From: Guyparkeria sp. | GTDB taxonomy: Bacteria; Pseudomonadota; Gammaproteobacteria; Halothiobacillales; Halothiobacillaceae | Direction of reading: 5' to 3' | Assembly: GCF_041687595.1 (NCBI RefSeq) | Contig: NZ_JAWLBP010000005.1 | Span: 10,377 to 74,376 of the forward strand | Length of the DNA stretch: 64,000 bases | Shown here: piece after piece, positions 9,449 through 19,330 of the stretch | Numbering within the stretch: the stretch's first letter is position 1 | How the letters are laid out: the number at the start of each line of letters is the position of its first letter | Made by a program: the position numbers and the translations under genes | The notes under the pieces: model-generated | What the model was told of the DNA's origin: nothing | Database searches by the model: none | The model's input: only the letters and a program-made list of their open reading frames with translations

Positions 9449-10801
9449 TCACTCCAGTGGCTCGTTCACGGGATCGAAACGGCCGCTCATCAGCGCCTCG
9501 ATCTCGTCGATCGTCTTGGGAACCTGGCGGGTCAGCACCTCGTGGCCCTCCTCGGTCACCAGTACGTCGTCCTCGATGCGGATCCCGATGCCGCGATAGG
9601 CCTCCGGCACGTCGGCGTCAGGGTCGACGTAGATCCCCGGTTCGACGGTCATCACCATGCCGGGTTCAAGCGGCCGCCAGTCGCCGTCGATCCGGTACCG
9701 GCCGACGTCGTGAACGTCCGAGCCCAGCCAGTGCCCGGTCCGGTGCATGAAGAACGGGCGGTAGCGGCCCTCGTCGATCGCCTCTTCCACCGGTCCCTCG
9801 ATCAGGCCGAGTTCCACCAGCCCTCGGGTGATGACCGCCACGGCCTCCTCATGGGGCGCATTGAAGGACACGTCGGGCGCGATGGCCTCGATGGCGGCAA
9901 TCTGGGCATCGAGCACGAGCTGGTAGAGCTCGCGCTGCGGAACGGAAAAGCGGCCATCGACCGGCCAGGTGCGGGTGATGTCTCCGGCGTAGTAGTCGAC
10001 CTCCGCCCCGGCATCGACCAGCACCAGGTCACCGTCCTTGAGCTCGGCGGCGTTGGCCCGGTAATGCAGCACGCAGGCGTTCGATCCGCCGGCGACGATG
10101 GGGGCGAACGAGGGCTCGCCGTGCGCGCTGGCGAAGACCTTCTGCATGATCGCGGCGATCTCGTATTCCCAGATACCATCGTGCACGCCCCTCGCGGCGG
10201 CGATGTGCGCCTCGGCGGAGACAACCGCCGCACGCCGCAGACGATCGATCTCGTGGGCGGACTTGATCAGGCGCAGCTCGTGCAGCGGGCCGGCCAGGTC
10301 CTTGAGCGTCTGTGGCGGCAGGATGCCCGCCCGGGCCCCGCGGCGCAGATCGTCGAACCATCCCAGGGCGCGGGCTACCAGTTCGTGGTCGTCGAACGGC
10401 AGGTAGAGCTTGTTGTATCCGCGCAGCAGGTCGGGCAGACGCTCCTCGATCTCGTCGATGGCGAATGCCTGGTCGACGCCGAGGACCGCCGGGGCGCGCT
10501 CGGTCCCGAGTTGAGGCCCTTCCCAGCGCTCGCGCTCCGGATCGCGTGGGCTGACGAAGCACACCACCTCGCCTTCCGCGCGCTTCGGGCACAGCACCAG
10601 CAAGGCATCCGGCTCCGCCAGCCCGGTGAGGTAGTGAAAATCACTGGACTGGCGGAACGGCCAGGGGTTGTCGTGGTTGCGCCACTGCTCGGTGGCGGCC
10701 GGGATGATGGCGACACCGCGCTTGCCGATCGCCTTGATCAGCCGCTTGCGGCGTCGCTGGTACTCGCGTCGCTCGGCGGGCGCGGGACCGATCGCCTGCA
10801 T
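9449..10801 (-). CDS. pepP: Xaa-Pro aminopeptidase P
   Basis: FRQSSDFHYLTG, CVLHY, DAGAE, DITRT, HRTGHWLGSDVHD, TVEPGIY, GIRIEDD. Confidence 0.96.
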   Translation of the reverse strand: MQAIGPAPAERREYQRRRKRLIKAIGKRGVAIIPAATEQWRNHDNPWPFRQSSDFHYLTGLAEPDALLVLCPKRAEGEVVCFVSPRDPERERWEGPQLGTERAPAVLGVDQAFAIDEIEERLPDLLRGYNKLYLPFDDHELVARALGWFDDLRRGARAGILPPQTLKDLAGPLHELRLIKSAHEIDRLRRAAVVSAEAHIAAARGVHDGIWEYEIAAIMQKVFASAHGEPSFAPIVAGGSNACVLHYRANAAELKDGDLVLVDAGAEVDYYAGDITRTWPVDGRFSVPQRELYQLVLDAQIAAIEAIAPDVSFNAPHEEAVAVITRGLVELGLIEGPVEEAIDEGRYRPFFMHRTGHWLGSDVHDVGRYRIDGDWRPLEPGMVMTVEPGIYVDPDADVPEAYRGIGIRIEDDVLVTEEGHEVLTRQVPKTIDEIEALMSGRFDPVNEPLE

Positions 10802-10843
10802 GCCTGGTATTCCTCTATGCTGCGGGGAAAGTGGTGGGCCGCG

Positions 10844-11392
10844 TCACTGCAGCCGCCGGGATCCGGCGGACTCGGGTACCGGCGGGTGCAACTGCAGGTA
10901 CATCACGAGCAGGGCCGAGCTGAGGTATTCCTCGATCTGGTGCAGATCGAAGGCGTCATCCTCGGTCTTGACCGAATCGGTATCCAGCTGCGCGATGTCG
11001 CCCAGATCGTCGAACACCTCGCGTGCCTCGTCCGAGAGGGCGCGCCGGGCCGGCCCGTTCTCGATCGCGTAGCCGTAGAGCACGCCCTGCGCGAAGTCGA
11101 CCAGCCCCTCGACCTGTTCCTTGAGGGTGGCATCCTCCGAGGGCAGCACCAGATCCAGCCCGAGGTTGTCCGCGCCGGTCACCTGCTCGACGAAATGCCG
11201 ATACAGTGCGGCGAGATCGTCCGGAATCGCCGGTGTGTTCTCGTCTTCCTCGATCAGCTCGCCGATCCAGCGCGACTGGTCTGCCGGACCGCCTCCGATC
11301 CACATGCCGACCAGCACCCCTTGGGCCTCGCTGGGATTGGCCAGCGCACCGATCGAGTCGAGGGCCTGCTGGATTCGTTCGTATTCGGTCAT
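10844..11392 (-). CDS. UPF0149 (YgfB/YecA) family protein
   Basis: SEAQGVLVG...W, L.L.LP, F..G.L.G, E..DL..IAQ, L..IEEY pattern; upstream of pepP. Confidence 0.8.
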   Translation of the reverse strand: MTEYERIQQALDSIGALANPSEAQGVLVGMWIGGGPADQSRWIGELIEEDENTPAIPDDLAALYRHFVEQVTGADNLGLDLVLPSEDATLKEQVEGLVDFAQGVLYGYAIENGPARRALSDEAREVFDDLGDIAQLDTDSVKTEDDAFDLHQIEEYLSSALLVMYLQLHPPVPESAGSRRLQ

Positions 11393-11547
11393 TCAGTATC
11401 CCGTTGGCTTGTCGATGTCGCCGGACCGTCACACTGCCTCCCCGGATATCCCGACAGGCAGACGCAACCACGGCGGCCTTCGTCCATTGTCTCCGCTCGA
11501 CAGTCTAAATGATAGACTTTGCTGGGAAACGCGGAGAACCACGAATC

Positions 11548-11766
11548 ATGGCCGAACAGCTTGCCGACAAGATGGAGCGATTGCTGGCCGCATGCCAGCG
11601 AGTCAACGACGAGCGCACGGACCTGCGCCGGCAGGCCGATGCCCTGACCGAGGAGAACCGTCAGCTCCGGGACGTGATCGAGCAGAGTCATGCCCGCCTC
11701 CAGGAACTTGCCGGACAGTTGCGGCGTCTGGAAGAGCAGGCCGTCGACACCGAACGCGAGGAATGA
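11548..11766 (+). CDS. Small coiled-coil protein (TIGR02449/ZapB-like)
   Basis: 72-aa heptad coiled coil upstream of zapA and divergent from ygfB; GGAG RBS. Confidence 0.7.
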   Translation: MAEQLADKMERLLAACQRVNDERTDLRRQADALTEENRQLRDVIEQSHARLQELAGQLRRLEEQAVDTEREE

Positions 11767-11770
11767 CGCA

Positions 11771-12067
11771 ATGACCCAGCCGAACCGGCCCGTCACCGTA
11801 CGGGTCATGGAAAAGGACTACCGCATCGTCTGTCCGCCCGAGGAGCAGGGCATGCTGCTGCGCACGGCCGAGTACCTCAACGACGAGATGGCCGAGATCC
11901 GAAAAACCAGCAAGGTGCTGAGCACCGAACGCATCGCCGTGCTCGCGGCGCTGAACATCACCCGCCAGCTGCTCGAGGGGCGTGAACTCTCGCTGCCCGA
12001 GGGTATGGCCGACGAGGAACTCGAAGCACGGATCGACACCCTGCTCGAGGCGCTGGAGCGAGACTGA
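11771..12067 (+). CDS. zapA: Cell division protein ZapA
   Basis: V.VMEKDYRIVCPPEE...L..A.YL...M.EI...ERIAVLAALNI; upstream of 6S RNA. Confidence 0.92.
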   Translation: MTQPNRPVTVRVMEKDYRIVCPPEEQGMLLRTAEYLNDEMAEIRKTSKVLSTERIAVLAALNITRQLLEGRELSLPEGMADEELEARIDTLLEALERD

Positions 12068-12171
12068 AAGCCGCTCGCATGCCGGGAGACACAATCTCCC
12101 GTCACCGTCGGAAAACCCGGAAGCCACTCAGCAGCCCCCAGCGGCACCTCGGATTCGTGCTTCCAGACCCC

Positions 12172-12200
12172 TTGCAAGCCGGGCGCTCCGGACCTACGAT
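12172..12200 (+). promoter_or_regulatory. sigma70 promoter of 6S RNA
   Basis: TTGCAA-17 nt-TACGAT, ending 7 nt before the predicted 6S 5' end. Confidence 0.75.
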
Positions 12201-12207
12201 GAACATA

Positions 12208-12388
12208 GTCTTCTGGGACGTTCGCCAGGTAGCGCTCAATCCCTTGAGCCTTAAATTGCGACCCAGGGGGCGACAAGCGGTTCTGTGCGCATGTCCGCGA
12301 CAGCGGAAAGCCTGATGAGCCGGGCGGAGCCCCCGACTTGAACCTTCCGGTTCAAGGTCGTAGCGCTGCCAGCGGCGTTCTGGAAGGC
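12208..12388 (+). ncRNA. ssrS: 6S RNA
   Basis: Lies between zapA and ygfA. The 5' GTCTTCTGGGACGTTCGC..GTAGCGCT pairs with the 3' AGCGCTGC..GCGGCGTTCTGGAAGGC. Contains CCCTTGAGCC and CTTGAACC..GGTTCAAG motifs. Confidence 0.92.
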
Positions 12389-12399
12389 CCCTCATTTCA

Positions 12400-12493
12400 G
12401 GAAGGTCTGAATGAATCCGACACCGCTCTGCGCGTCACGATTCGGGCAGATGCGAGGCATTCGTCCGCTGTGGAAGATTCATTCAGACCTTCC
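12400..12493. mobile_element. Putative IS5-like MITE (94 bp)
   Basis: Perfect 18-bp terminal inverted repeats GGAAGGTCTGAATGAATC / GATTCATTCAGACCTTCC, flanked by TTCA and TTAA. Confidence 0.65.
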
Positions 12494-12504
12494 TTAATCG
12501 AATC

Positions 12505-13122
12505 ATGAAACATCCCGACAAGACCGCCCTGAGAAAAACCCTGCGCGCACGCCGCCGGGCTCTGGGCGGCTTTCATCGACACATGGCCCTGCTCCGCATC
12601 GAGACCCGGCTCGAGCGCCTCACGCGCAGCCTCGGCCTGCATGCGGTGGCGGCGTATTGTGCCTTCGACGGCGAGCCACAGCTCGACGGCTGGCTCCGGC
12701 GACATCGCGGCCAGGTCTGGCTGCCCCGGGTCCTCCCCGACCACCGACTGGCCTTCCATCACGCCAACCCCGTCACGGCCTGCTCGCACCGACGCATGCC
12801 GAAGACACGCACCAACGAGTTCGGCATCATCGAGTCCGACGATCCCCGCCGACGTGGGCTCAACAGCCTCGATGCCCTGCTCATCCCGCTGGTGGGCTTC
12901 GACACCCGCGGCAATCGTCTTGGGATGGGCGCCGGGTTCTACGATCGCGCGCTCGCGCAACGCCGCGGCCGCCGACCGCTCGCCATCGGCGTGGCCTTCG
13001 GCTGCCAGGAGGTCCCGTCCCTGCCGGTCGATCCCTGGGATCAGCCGCTGGACTACATCGTCACAGATCGAGCGCTCGTCACCGTCCGGCGGACACCGAC
13101 CGACACCCCGACACCGAACTGA
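12505..13122 (+). CDS. ygfA: 5-formyltetrahydrofolate cyclo-ligase
   Basis: K..LRK.LR.RR, PLVGFD..GNRLGMGAGFYDR, WDQPLD motifs; downstream of 6S RNA. Confidence 0.93.
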   Translation: MKHPDKTALRKTLRARRRALGGFHRHMALLRIETRLERLTRSLGLHAVAAYCAFDGEPQLDGWLRRHRGQVWLPRVLPDHRLAFHHANPVTACSHRRMPKTRTNEFGIIESDDPRRRGLNSLDALLIPLVGFDTRGNRLGMGAGFYDRALAQRRGRRPLAIGVAFGCQEVPSLPVDPWDQPLDYIVTDRALVTVRRTPTDTPTPN

Positions 13123-13137
13123 ACTCAGGAGACCGTC

Positions 13138-13608
13138 ATGGCCTACTGGCTGATGAAATCCGAACCCGATGCCTTCTCCATCGACGACCTCGAACGCGTC
13201 GGCACCGAACCCTGGGATGGCATCCGCAACTACCAGGCACGCAACATGATCCGGGACGAGATGAAGCCCGGCGACCGGGCCTTCTTCTACCACTCCAACA
13301 CCAAGGTCCCCGGCATCGTCGGCATCATGGAGATCGTCAGCGAACCCAAGCCCGATCCCACCGCGTTCGACCCGGACGAGAAGTACCACGACCCGAAGTC
13401 CGACCCCGACAAGCCGCGCTGGTACCTGGTCGACGTGAAGTACATCCGGCACACGAAGCGCGTCATCCCGCTGACCGAACTCAAGGCCGACCCGGCCCTC
13501 GAGGAGATGCCGCTGGTCCGCCGCGGGAACCGCCTGTCGGTGATGCCCGTGACAGAAGAGCAGTTCGAGCACATCGTCTCGCTGGAAGACCGGATCGAGA
13601 CCGAGTGA
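13138..13608 (+). CDS. EVE domain protein
   Basis: YWLMKSEP..FS, WDGIRNYQARN, FFYHS, RLSVMPV. Confidence 0.95.
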   Translation: MAYWLMKSEPDAFSIDDLERVGTEPWDGIRNYQARNMIRDEMKPGDRAFFYHSNTKVPGIVGIMEIVSEPKPDPTAFDPDEKYHDPKSDPDKPRWYLVDVKYIRHTKRVIPLTELKADPALEEMPLVRRGNRLSVMPVTEEQFEHIVSLEDRIETE

Positions 13609-13680
13609 ACCACTGATCCGCTGCACTGAGATGCGACCGGGTCAGCGACTCGTACCGCCTTCGCCGGAAGCCACACACAC

Positions 13681-13708
13681 AAAAAACCGCGCCAATGGCG
13701 CGGTTCTT
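13681..13708. terminator. Terminator between convergent EVE and ilvA
   Basis: AAAAAACCGCGCCAATGGCGCGGTTCTT hairpin; stronger U-tract on the minus strand. Confidence 0.8.
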
Positions 13709-13729
13709 CGATGATCCGGCAAGTCCGCC

Positions 13730-15253
13730 CTAGGCGAGAAAGAGCGGATAGACGGGGTTGTCGCTCTCGGGCCAGTAGGGGTACCGCAGGCGATCGAGGT
13801 AAGCGGTCAGGTCGCCGACCTCCGCCTCGGGCACCTGGATCCCGACCAGCACGCGCCCGTAGTCGGCCCCGTGGTTGCGGTAGTGGAACAGGCTGATGTT
13901 CCAGCGTGCTCCCAAATGGGAGAGGAACCTCAGCAACGCGCCGGGCCGCTCGGGGAACTCGAAGCGGAACAACTGCTCGTCACGGATGTGCCCCGCATGC
14001 CCGCCGACCATGTGGCGGCCGTGGAGCTTGGCCATCTCGTTGTCCGTCAGGTCGACGACGGGATAGTCCGCACCCTGCAGTTGCGCCAGCACCCGCTCGC
14101 GGTCGCCCTGCTCCGCGATCTTCAGGCCGACGAAGATGTGGGCGCGATCGGGATCGGCGAAGCGGTAGTTGAACTCCGTGATCTGGCGCCGCCCGAGCAG
14201 TTCGCAGAAGGCGAGAAAGGCCCCGGGACGCTCCGGGATGGTGACCGCGTAGAGCGCCTCGCGCTGCTCGCCGATCTCGGCGCGTTCGGCCACGAAGCGC
14301 AGACGGTCGAAGTTCATGTTCGCCCCGGAAGCGATCGCCACCAGCGTTTCCCCGGACAGCCCCCGCTCCCGCGCATAGCGCTTGAGCCCCGCGGTGGCGA
14401 GCGCACCGGCAGCCTCGTTGATGCTGCGGGTGTCGTCGAAAATGTCCTTGATCGCCGCGGCCATCGCGTCGGTGTCCACCGTGATCACCTCGTCGACGGC
14501 CTCGCGGGCGACGGCAAAGGGATACTCTCCGATCTGGCGCACGGCCACGCCGTCGGCGAACAGACCCACCTGGTCGAGCACAACCCGCTCGCCCGCTTTC
14601 ATCGCCGCGGCGAGGCAGGCGGCATCCTCGGGCTCCACCCCGATCACCCGGATCTCGGGACGCAGCGCCTTGACGTAGGCGGCCACGCCCGCGACCAGAC
14701 CGCCTCCGCCGACGGGCACGAAGATCGCGTGGATGGGATCGGGGTGGTGACGCAGGATCTCCGCCCCCACGGTGCCCTGTCCGGCGATGATATCGGGATC
14801 GTCGTAGGGCGGGATGTAGGTCAGGCCCTCGGACTCGATCAGCGTTTTCGCGTGGGCGAAGGCATCGTCGAAGGCGTCCCCCACCAGAACGGCCTCCGCC
14901 CCGCGTCGACGCACGGCATCGACCTTGATTGCCGGGGTGGTCTCGGGCATGACGATCACGGCGCGCAGGCCGAGCGTCTGGGCCGCCAGTGCCACGCCCT
15001 GGGCATGGTTGCCCGCCGAGGCGGCGATCACCCCGCCACCGATGCGGCCCTCGCGCCAGAGCTTGTGGATCTTGTGGTAGGCACCACGCAGCTTGAAGGA
15101 GAACACCGGCTGCAGGTCCTCGCGCTTGAGCAACACCCGGTTGCCGATCCGCTCGGAAAGCCCGACGGCCTGTTCGAGCGGCGACTCGATGGCGACGTCG
15201 TAGACGCGGGCCTTGAGAATTTCCTCGAGATAGTCGCGCAGCAGGGGCGTCAA
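13730..15253 (-). CDS. ilvA: Biosynthetic threonine ammonia-lyase
   Basis: KREDLQPVFSFKLRGA, ASAGNHAQG, two regulatory repeats. TTG start after GAGGTG RBS (start inferred). Confidence 0.96.
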   Translation of the reverse strand: MTPLLRDYLEEILKARVYDVAIESPLEQAVGLSERIGNRVLLKREDLQPVFSFKLRGAYHKIHKLWREGRIGGGVIAASAGNHAQGVALAAQTLGLRAVIVMPETTPAIKVDAVRRRGAEAVLVGDAFDDAFAHAKTLIESEGLTYIPPYDDPDIIAGQGTVGAEILRHHPDPIHAIFVPVGGGGLVAGVAAYVKALRPEIRVIGVEPEDAACLAAAMKAGERVVLDQVGLFADGVAVRQIGEYPFAVAREAVDEVITVDTDAMAAAIKDIFDDTRSINEAAGALATAGLKRYARERGLSGETLVAIASGANMNFDRLRFVAERAEIGEQREALYAVTIPERPGAFLAFCELLGRRQITEFNYRFADPDRAHIFVGLKIAEQGDRERVLAQLQGADYPVVDLTDNEMAKLHGRHMVGGHAGHIRDEQLFRFEFPERPGALLRFLSHLGARWNISLFHYRNHGADYGRVLVGIQVPEAEVGDLTAYLDRLRYPYWPESDNPVYPLFLA

Positions 15254-15407
15254 GTGTTCACCTCGTGATCGAATCGTGCCGGCGGCGGCATTGCCCGCCA
15301 AGCGGGCTTGGTGGTATACCATGAAAGGTTACCAGAAACTCCGGAGCCACTCGCGGGTCCTACCGCCGCTCCGATACCCCTCCTGATTACAGAGCGACGC
15401 ACGAGAG

Positions 15408-16073
15408 ATGAGCAACACGGAACAAGGCAAGCAGCTGGCCGCCCAGGCGGCTATCGAGTACGTCCCCGCGGGCAGCGTGGTCGGCGTGGGCACCGGTTCG
15501 ACCGTCAACTACTTCATCGACGAACTGGCCAAGATCAAGAATCGCATCGAAGGCGCGGTCTCCAGCTCCGAGGCCTCCACCAAGCGCCTCAAGGAACACG
15601 GCATCGAGGTCTTCGACCTCAACAGCGTCGATTCCGTGCCGGTCTACATCGACGGCGCCGACGAGTCCAACGAGAACCTGCAACTGATCAAGGGGGGTGG
15701 CGGCGCACTGACCCGCGAGAAGATCATCGCCCAGCTGGCCGACAAGTTCGTCTGCATCGCCGACGAGACCAAGCTGGTCGACGTACTGGGCACCTTCCCC
15801 CTGCCGGTCGAGGTCATCCCGATGGCCCGAAGCATGATCGCCCGCGAGCTGGTCAAGCGCGGCGGCCAGCCGGTCTACCGCGACGGCTTCGTCACCGACA
15901 ACGGCAACCAGATCCTCGACGTGCACAACCTCTCGATCATGGAGCCGGCGAAACTCGAGGCCGAACTCAACAACCTGCCCGGCGTCGTCACCGTGGGCAT
16001 CTTCGCCCTGCGCCCGGCGGACGTCCTGATCCTGGGCACGGCCGACGGGAACATCCGCAAGATCGACGGGTGA
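15408..16073 (+). CDS. rpiA: Ribose-5-phosphate isomerase A
   Basis: [33 protein letters not shown]. Confidence 0.98.
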   Translation: MSNTEQGKQLAAQAAIEYVPAGSVVGVGTGSTVNYFIDELAKIKNRIEGAVSSSEASTKRLKEHGIEVFDLNSVDSVPVYIDGADESNENLQLIKGGGGALTREKIIAQLADKFVCIADETKLVDVLGTFPLPVEVIPMARSMIARELVKRGGQPVYRDGFVTDNGNQILDVHNLSIMEPAKLEAELNNLPGVVTVGIFALRPADVLILGTADGNIRKIDG

Positions 16074-16621
16074 TGTCAGGCGTGCGTCTCACAGCCATAC
16101 TCCGCCACCCTCTGCTCGCCGCCATGCTCGTGCTGCCGGGCCTGCTCGTCATGTCGACCACGAGCCTGGCCTGCGGCGAACCCGAGGCAGGCGAGGCCGA
16201 TCTCCCCGTGTTCGGCTACATCGAGGATATCGCTGTCCGCGCACTTGACCGGGAGATGCGGGCAAAGATCGACAGTGGGGCGACCACGACGTCGATCGAC
16301 GCCCGCGATATCGAGGAGTTCGAGAAGGACGACGAAGAGTGGGTTCGCTTCACGGTGGCCGAACGCGAATCCGACGAGGCCGTCACTCTCGAGCGCCCGG
16401 TAAGCCGTACCGTCAAGATCAAGCGTCACGGCCGCGACTCGCAGAAACGCTATGTCGTGGAACTTGCCCTGTGTCTCGGGGACAAATGGGTCACCGAAGA
16501 GGTTTCGCTCACCAGTCGCGAGCAGTTCAGCTACGGGTTGCTCGTCGGGCGAAACCACATGGCCGATCACCTGCTGATCGACCCGTCCAAGAAGGATTTG
16601 CAAACCTCCCGGTGCGACTAG
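16073..16621 (+). CDS. Exported retropepsin-like protease (RimK-associated 'ATP-dependent Zn protease'/RloA-like)
   Basis: Signal peptide; FGYIE, AKIDSGATTTS, R.VV...L, LTSR..F.Y.LLVGRN. ATG overlaps the rpiA stop. Confidence 0.88.
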   Translation: MSGVRLTAILRHPLLAAMLVLPGLLVMSTTSLACGEPEAGEADLPVFGYIEDIAVRALDREMRAKIDSGATTTSIDARDIEEFEKDDEEWVRFTVAERESDEAVTLERPVSRTVKIKRHGRDSQKRYVVELALCLGDKWVTEEVSLTSREQFSYGLLVGRNHMADHLLIDPSKKDLQTSRCD

Positions 16622-16775
16622 ACTCTCCTCTGGGTCATTCACGAAAAGCATCCGGGATGGGGGCGGCCGAAGTCGGCCGACCGCGACCTCGCATCTCATC
16701 CCGCCGCGCGGGTTCGGCCACGCTATCGACCTTGAGCACCACCACCCGCGCCACTCTGGAGACACCAGGCAAGCC

Positions 16776-18332
16776 ATGAGACGCCTCCACCTTTTTTTCG
16801 TCGTGTTGCTGCTCTCGGTCGTCGGTCTGTCCGTCGCCTGGTACAAGTACCACACGCTCGGCTTCCCGCTCACCCCCGACCGGGAGACCGAAACCTGGAC
16901 CGTGGAGGCACAGATTCGCGTCGAGACAGGATCGGCGCCCGCCTCGGTCCGCTTCGCGCTGCCATCCGACCCCCCGCACTACACCCTGCTCGACGAGGGT
17001 TTCGTCTCGCGAGGCTGGGGCCTGACGACCCAGTCTCGCGGCAAGGAACGCGAAGCGGTCTGGACCAAGCGCAGCCCCGAGGGGGACCAGACCCTCTACT
17101 ACCAGACAACCGTCTACCGGGACCAGGAGGAAATCCAGCCTTCTGCCTACCCGGGCCCGGCCGATCCGCCGGAACTCGAAGAGCCGTTGAAATCCGCCGC
17201 CGAGTCCTTCATCGAGCAAATTCGCGCGGGATCGGCCGACATCCAGACCTTCGCCACCCTGCTGGTCAAGGAGGTCAACGCCAGTCGACCGAACGAAAAC
17301 ATCGCGGCCTTCCTCAAGCCCGACGCTACCGAGACCGAGCGCACCCGCCTGGCCATCCGCCTGCTGGCGATCGCCCGTATCCCCGCGCGCATGAGCCACG
17401 GGGTGCTGCTGACCGACGAGGGGCGCAACCTCACGCCCACCACCTGGCTCGAAGTACACAATTCGCGTCGCTGGGTGCCGATCGACCCACGCTCCGGTTC
17501 CGTCGGCTACCCACGCAACTTCCTGACCTGGTGGCACGGCGATGCCCCGGCGCTCGAGACTACCGGGCTGCAGGGCGCCACCCTGACCTTCGCCACCACG
17601 CGCAGCCTGCGTGACGCGATCGAGACGGCACAGTTGCAGTCCTCGATCGCCGAGTCGAGACTGATGGACTTTTCGCTGCTCGAACTCCCGATCGACGCGC
17701 AGAACACCTACCGCGTGCTGCTTCTGGTGCCGCTCGGGGCCCTGATCATCGTGCTGCTGCGCAACGTGATCGGGATCCGCACCTTCGGCACCTTCATGCC
17801 GGTGCTGATCGCCCTGTCATTCCGCGAGACCCAACTGGCCGCCGGGGTGATCCTGTTCACCCTGATCGTCGCCATGGGGCTGCTGATCCGCTTCTACCTC
17901 GAACGACTCAAGCTTTTGCTGGTGCCCCGCTTGGCGGCGGTGGTGATCGTGGTGATCTTCCTGATGGCGGTGATCAGCATCGTTTCCCACCGCCTCGGAC
18001 TGGACACCGGTCTCTCGGTGGGGCTTTTCCCGATGGTGATCCTGGCGATGACCATCGAGCGGGTCTCCATCGTCTGGGAGGAGCACGGTCCGGCCGATGC
18101 CCTGGTCCAGGCTGTCGGGTCCATGATCGTCGCGGCACTGGCCTATCTCGTGATGGTCAACGCCTACGTGGCGCACACCTTCTTCGTCTTCCCGGAACTC
18201 CTGCTGGTCGTGCTGGCACTGACCCTGCTGCTGGGCCGGTACACCGGTTACCGGCTCACCGAACTGTTCCGTTTCCGGGCGTTCAAGACACTGGCTCACG
18301 TCAACCGCCCGCCCCGGGACGGTGAGCGCTGA
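16776..18332 (+). CDS. Inactive transglutaminase fused to 7TM domain (RloB-like)
   Basis: IPAR..HG..L, WLEV, IDP; C-terminal GIRTFGTFMPVLIA, FPMVIL..TIER, GRYTGYRL.EL.RF. Confidence 0.9.
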   Translation: MRRLHLFFVVLLLSVVGLSVAWYKYHTLGFPLTPDRETETWTVEAQIRVETGSAPASVRFALPSDPPHYTLLDEGFVSRGWGLTTQSRGKEREAVWTKRSPEGDQTLYYQTTVYRDQEEIQPSAYPGPADPPELEEPLKSAAESFIEQIRAGSADIQTFATLLVKEVNASRPNENIAAFLKPDATETERTRLAIRLLAIARIPARMSHGVLLTDEGRNLTPTTWLEVHNSRRWVPIDPRSGSVGYPRNFLTWWHGDAPALETTGLQGATLTFATTRSLRDAIETAQLQSSIAESRLMDFSLLELPIDAQNTYRVLLLVPLGALIIVLLRNVIGIRTFGTFMPVLIALSFRETQLAAGVILFTLIVAMGLLIRFYLERLKLLLVPRLAAVVIVVIFLMAVISIVSHRLGLDTGLSVGLFPMVILAMTIERVSIVWEEHGPADALVQAVGSMIVAALAYLVMVNAYVAHTFFVFPELLLVVLALTLLLGRYTGYRLTELFRFRAFKTLAHVNRPPRDGER

Positions 18333-19312
18333 TGGCCATCAACTGGCCGATCACTCCGCGTCGGCTGCGCGAACTCGGCGTAGTCGGCATGAATCAGCGC
18401 AACGGCACATTCATCGCCGAGATGAACCCCCGTCGCTACTATCCGCTGGTGGACGACAAGCTCCTGAGCAAGGAACTCGCCGAGGAGGCGGGGCTCAACG
18501 TGCCGGCGCTTTACGCGGTGATTCGAAGCCCGCACGAGATACGCGACCTGCCGAAGATCGTGGGCGACCACGAGGAGTTCGTCATCAAGCCGGCCAACGG
18601 CGCCGGCGGGGACGGCATCCTGGTGATCGACGGCCGGCAGTCGGATTCGCCACCGGTATTCCGCAAGGCCTCGGGCAAGCCGGCCGATCTCGACGAGATC
18701 AGCCTGCATCTGTCGAATATCCTCGCCGGGGCCTACAGCCTTGGCGGGCGACCCGACGTGGCCATGATCGAGTATCGCGTCCAGTTCTCTCCCCTGTTCG
18801 AGAAGATCAGCTTCCAGGGCGTGCCGGACATCCGCACCATCGTCTATCGCGGCTACCCCGTCATGGCGATGGTCCGCCTGCCCACCACCCAGTCAGACGG
18901 CAAGGCCAACCTGCATCAGGGGGCAATCGGGGCCGGCGTGGACATGGCGAAGGGCTCCACGCTCGACGGGGTGGCTCACAACCGGCACGTCACCCACCAC
19001 CCCGACACCCATGAACCGGTCAGCGGCGTAGACATTCCCGGCTGGCAATACCTGCTGGAAATGGCCGCCCGGTGCGGCGACATCACGGGGCTGGGCTACC
19101 TGGGCGTGGACGTCGTCCTCGACCGCGACCTTGGCCCGCTGATCCTCGAACTCAACGCCCGGCCCGGCCTTTCCATCCAGGTTGCAAACGGCGAGGGTTT
19201 GCGTCACCGTATCGAGCGCATCGACAGGCACCTCGACTACCTCGACCGCACCGAAACAGCGGCCGAACGTGCCGACTGGTCACGCGAAAACCTCGCCCCC
19301 ATGAACCTCTGA
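18332..19312 (+). CDS. Alpha-L-glutamate ligase-like ATP-grasp protein (RimK-related)
   Basis: GMNQRN, YPLVDDKL, FVIKPA.G.GG.GI, GVPDIR, GKANLHQG, LELNARPGL. Confidence 0.92.
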   Translation: MAINWPITPRRLRELGVVGMNQRNGTFIAEMNPRRYYPLVDDKLLSKELAEEAGLNVPALYAVIRSPHEIRDLPKIVGDHEEFVIKPANGAGGDGILVIDGRQSDSPPVFRKASGKPADLDEISLHLSNILAGAYSLGGRPDVAMIEYRVQFSPLFEKISFQGVPDIRTIVYRGYPVMAMVRLPTTQSDGKANLHQGAIGAGVDMAKGSTLDGVAHNRHVTHHPDTHEPVSGVDIPGWQYLLEMAARCGDITGLGYLGVDVVLDRDLGPLILELNARPGLSIQVANGEGLRHRIERIDRHLDYLDRTETAAERADWSRENLAPMNL

Positions 19313-19330
19313 ACAGACGACGGAAACCGC

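Noticed and set aside
9023-11512. 829-aa + strand ORF
   Set aside because: Antisense shadow of ubiH/pepP/ygfB, expected in high-GC DNA; no recognisable motifs.
13138-13608. EVE protein as part of a defence system
   Set aside because: It sits in the ordinary zapA-ssrS-ygfA-EVE context with no nuclease partner.
15308-16072. Apparent 437-aa protease with a long N-terminal extension
   Set aside because: The extension overlaps rpiA out of frame; the likely start is ATG 16073, followed by a signal peptide.
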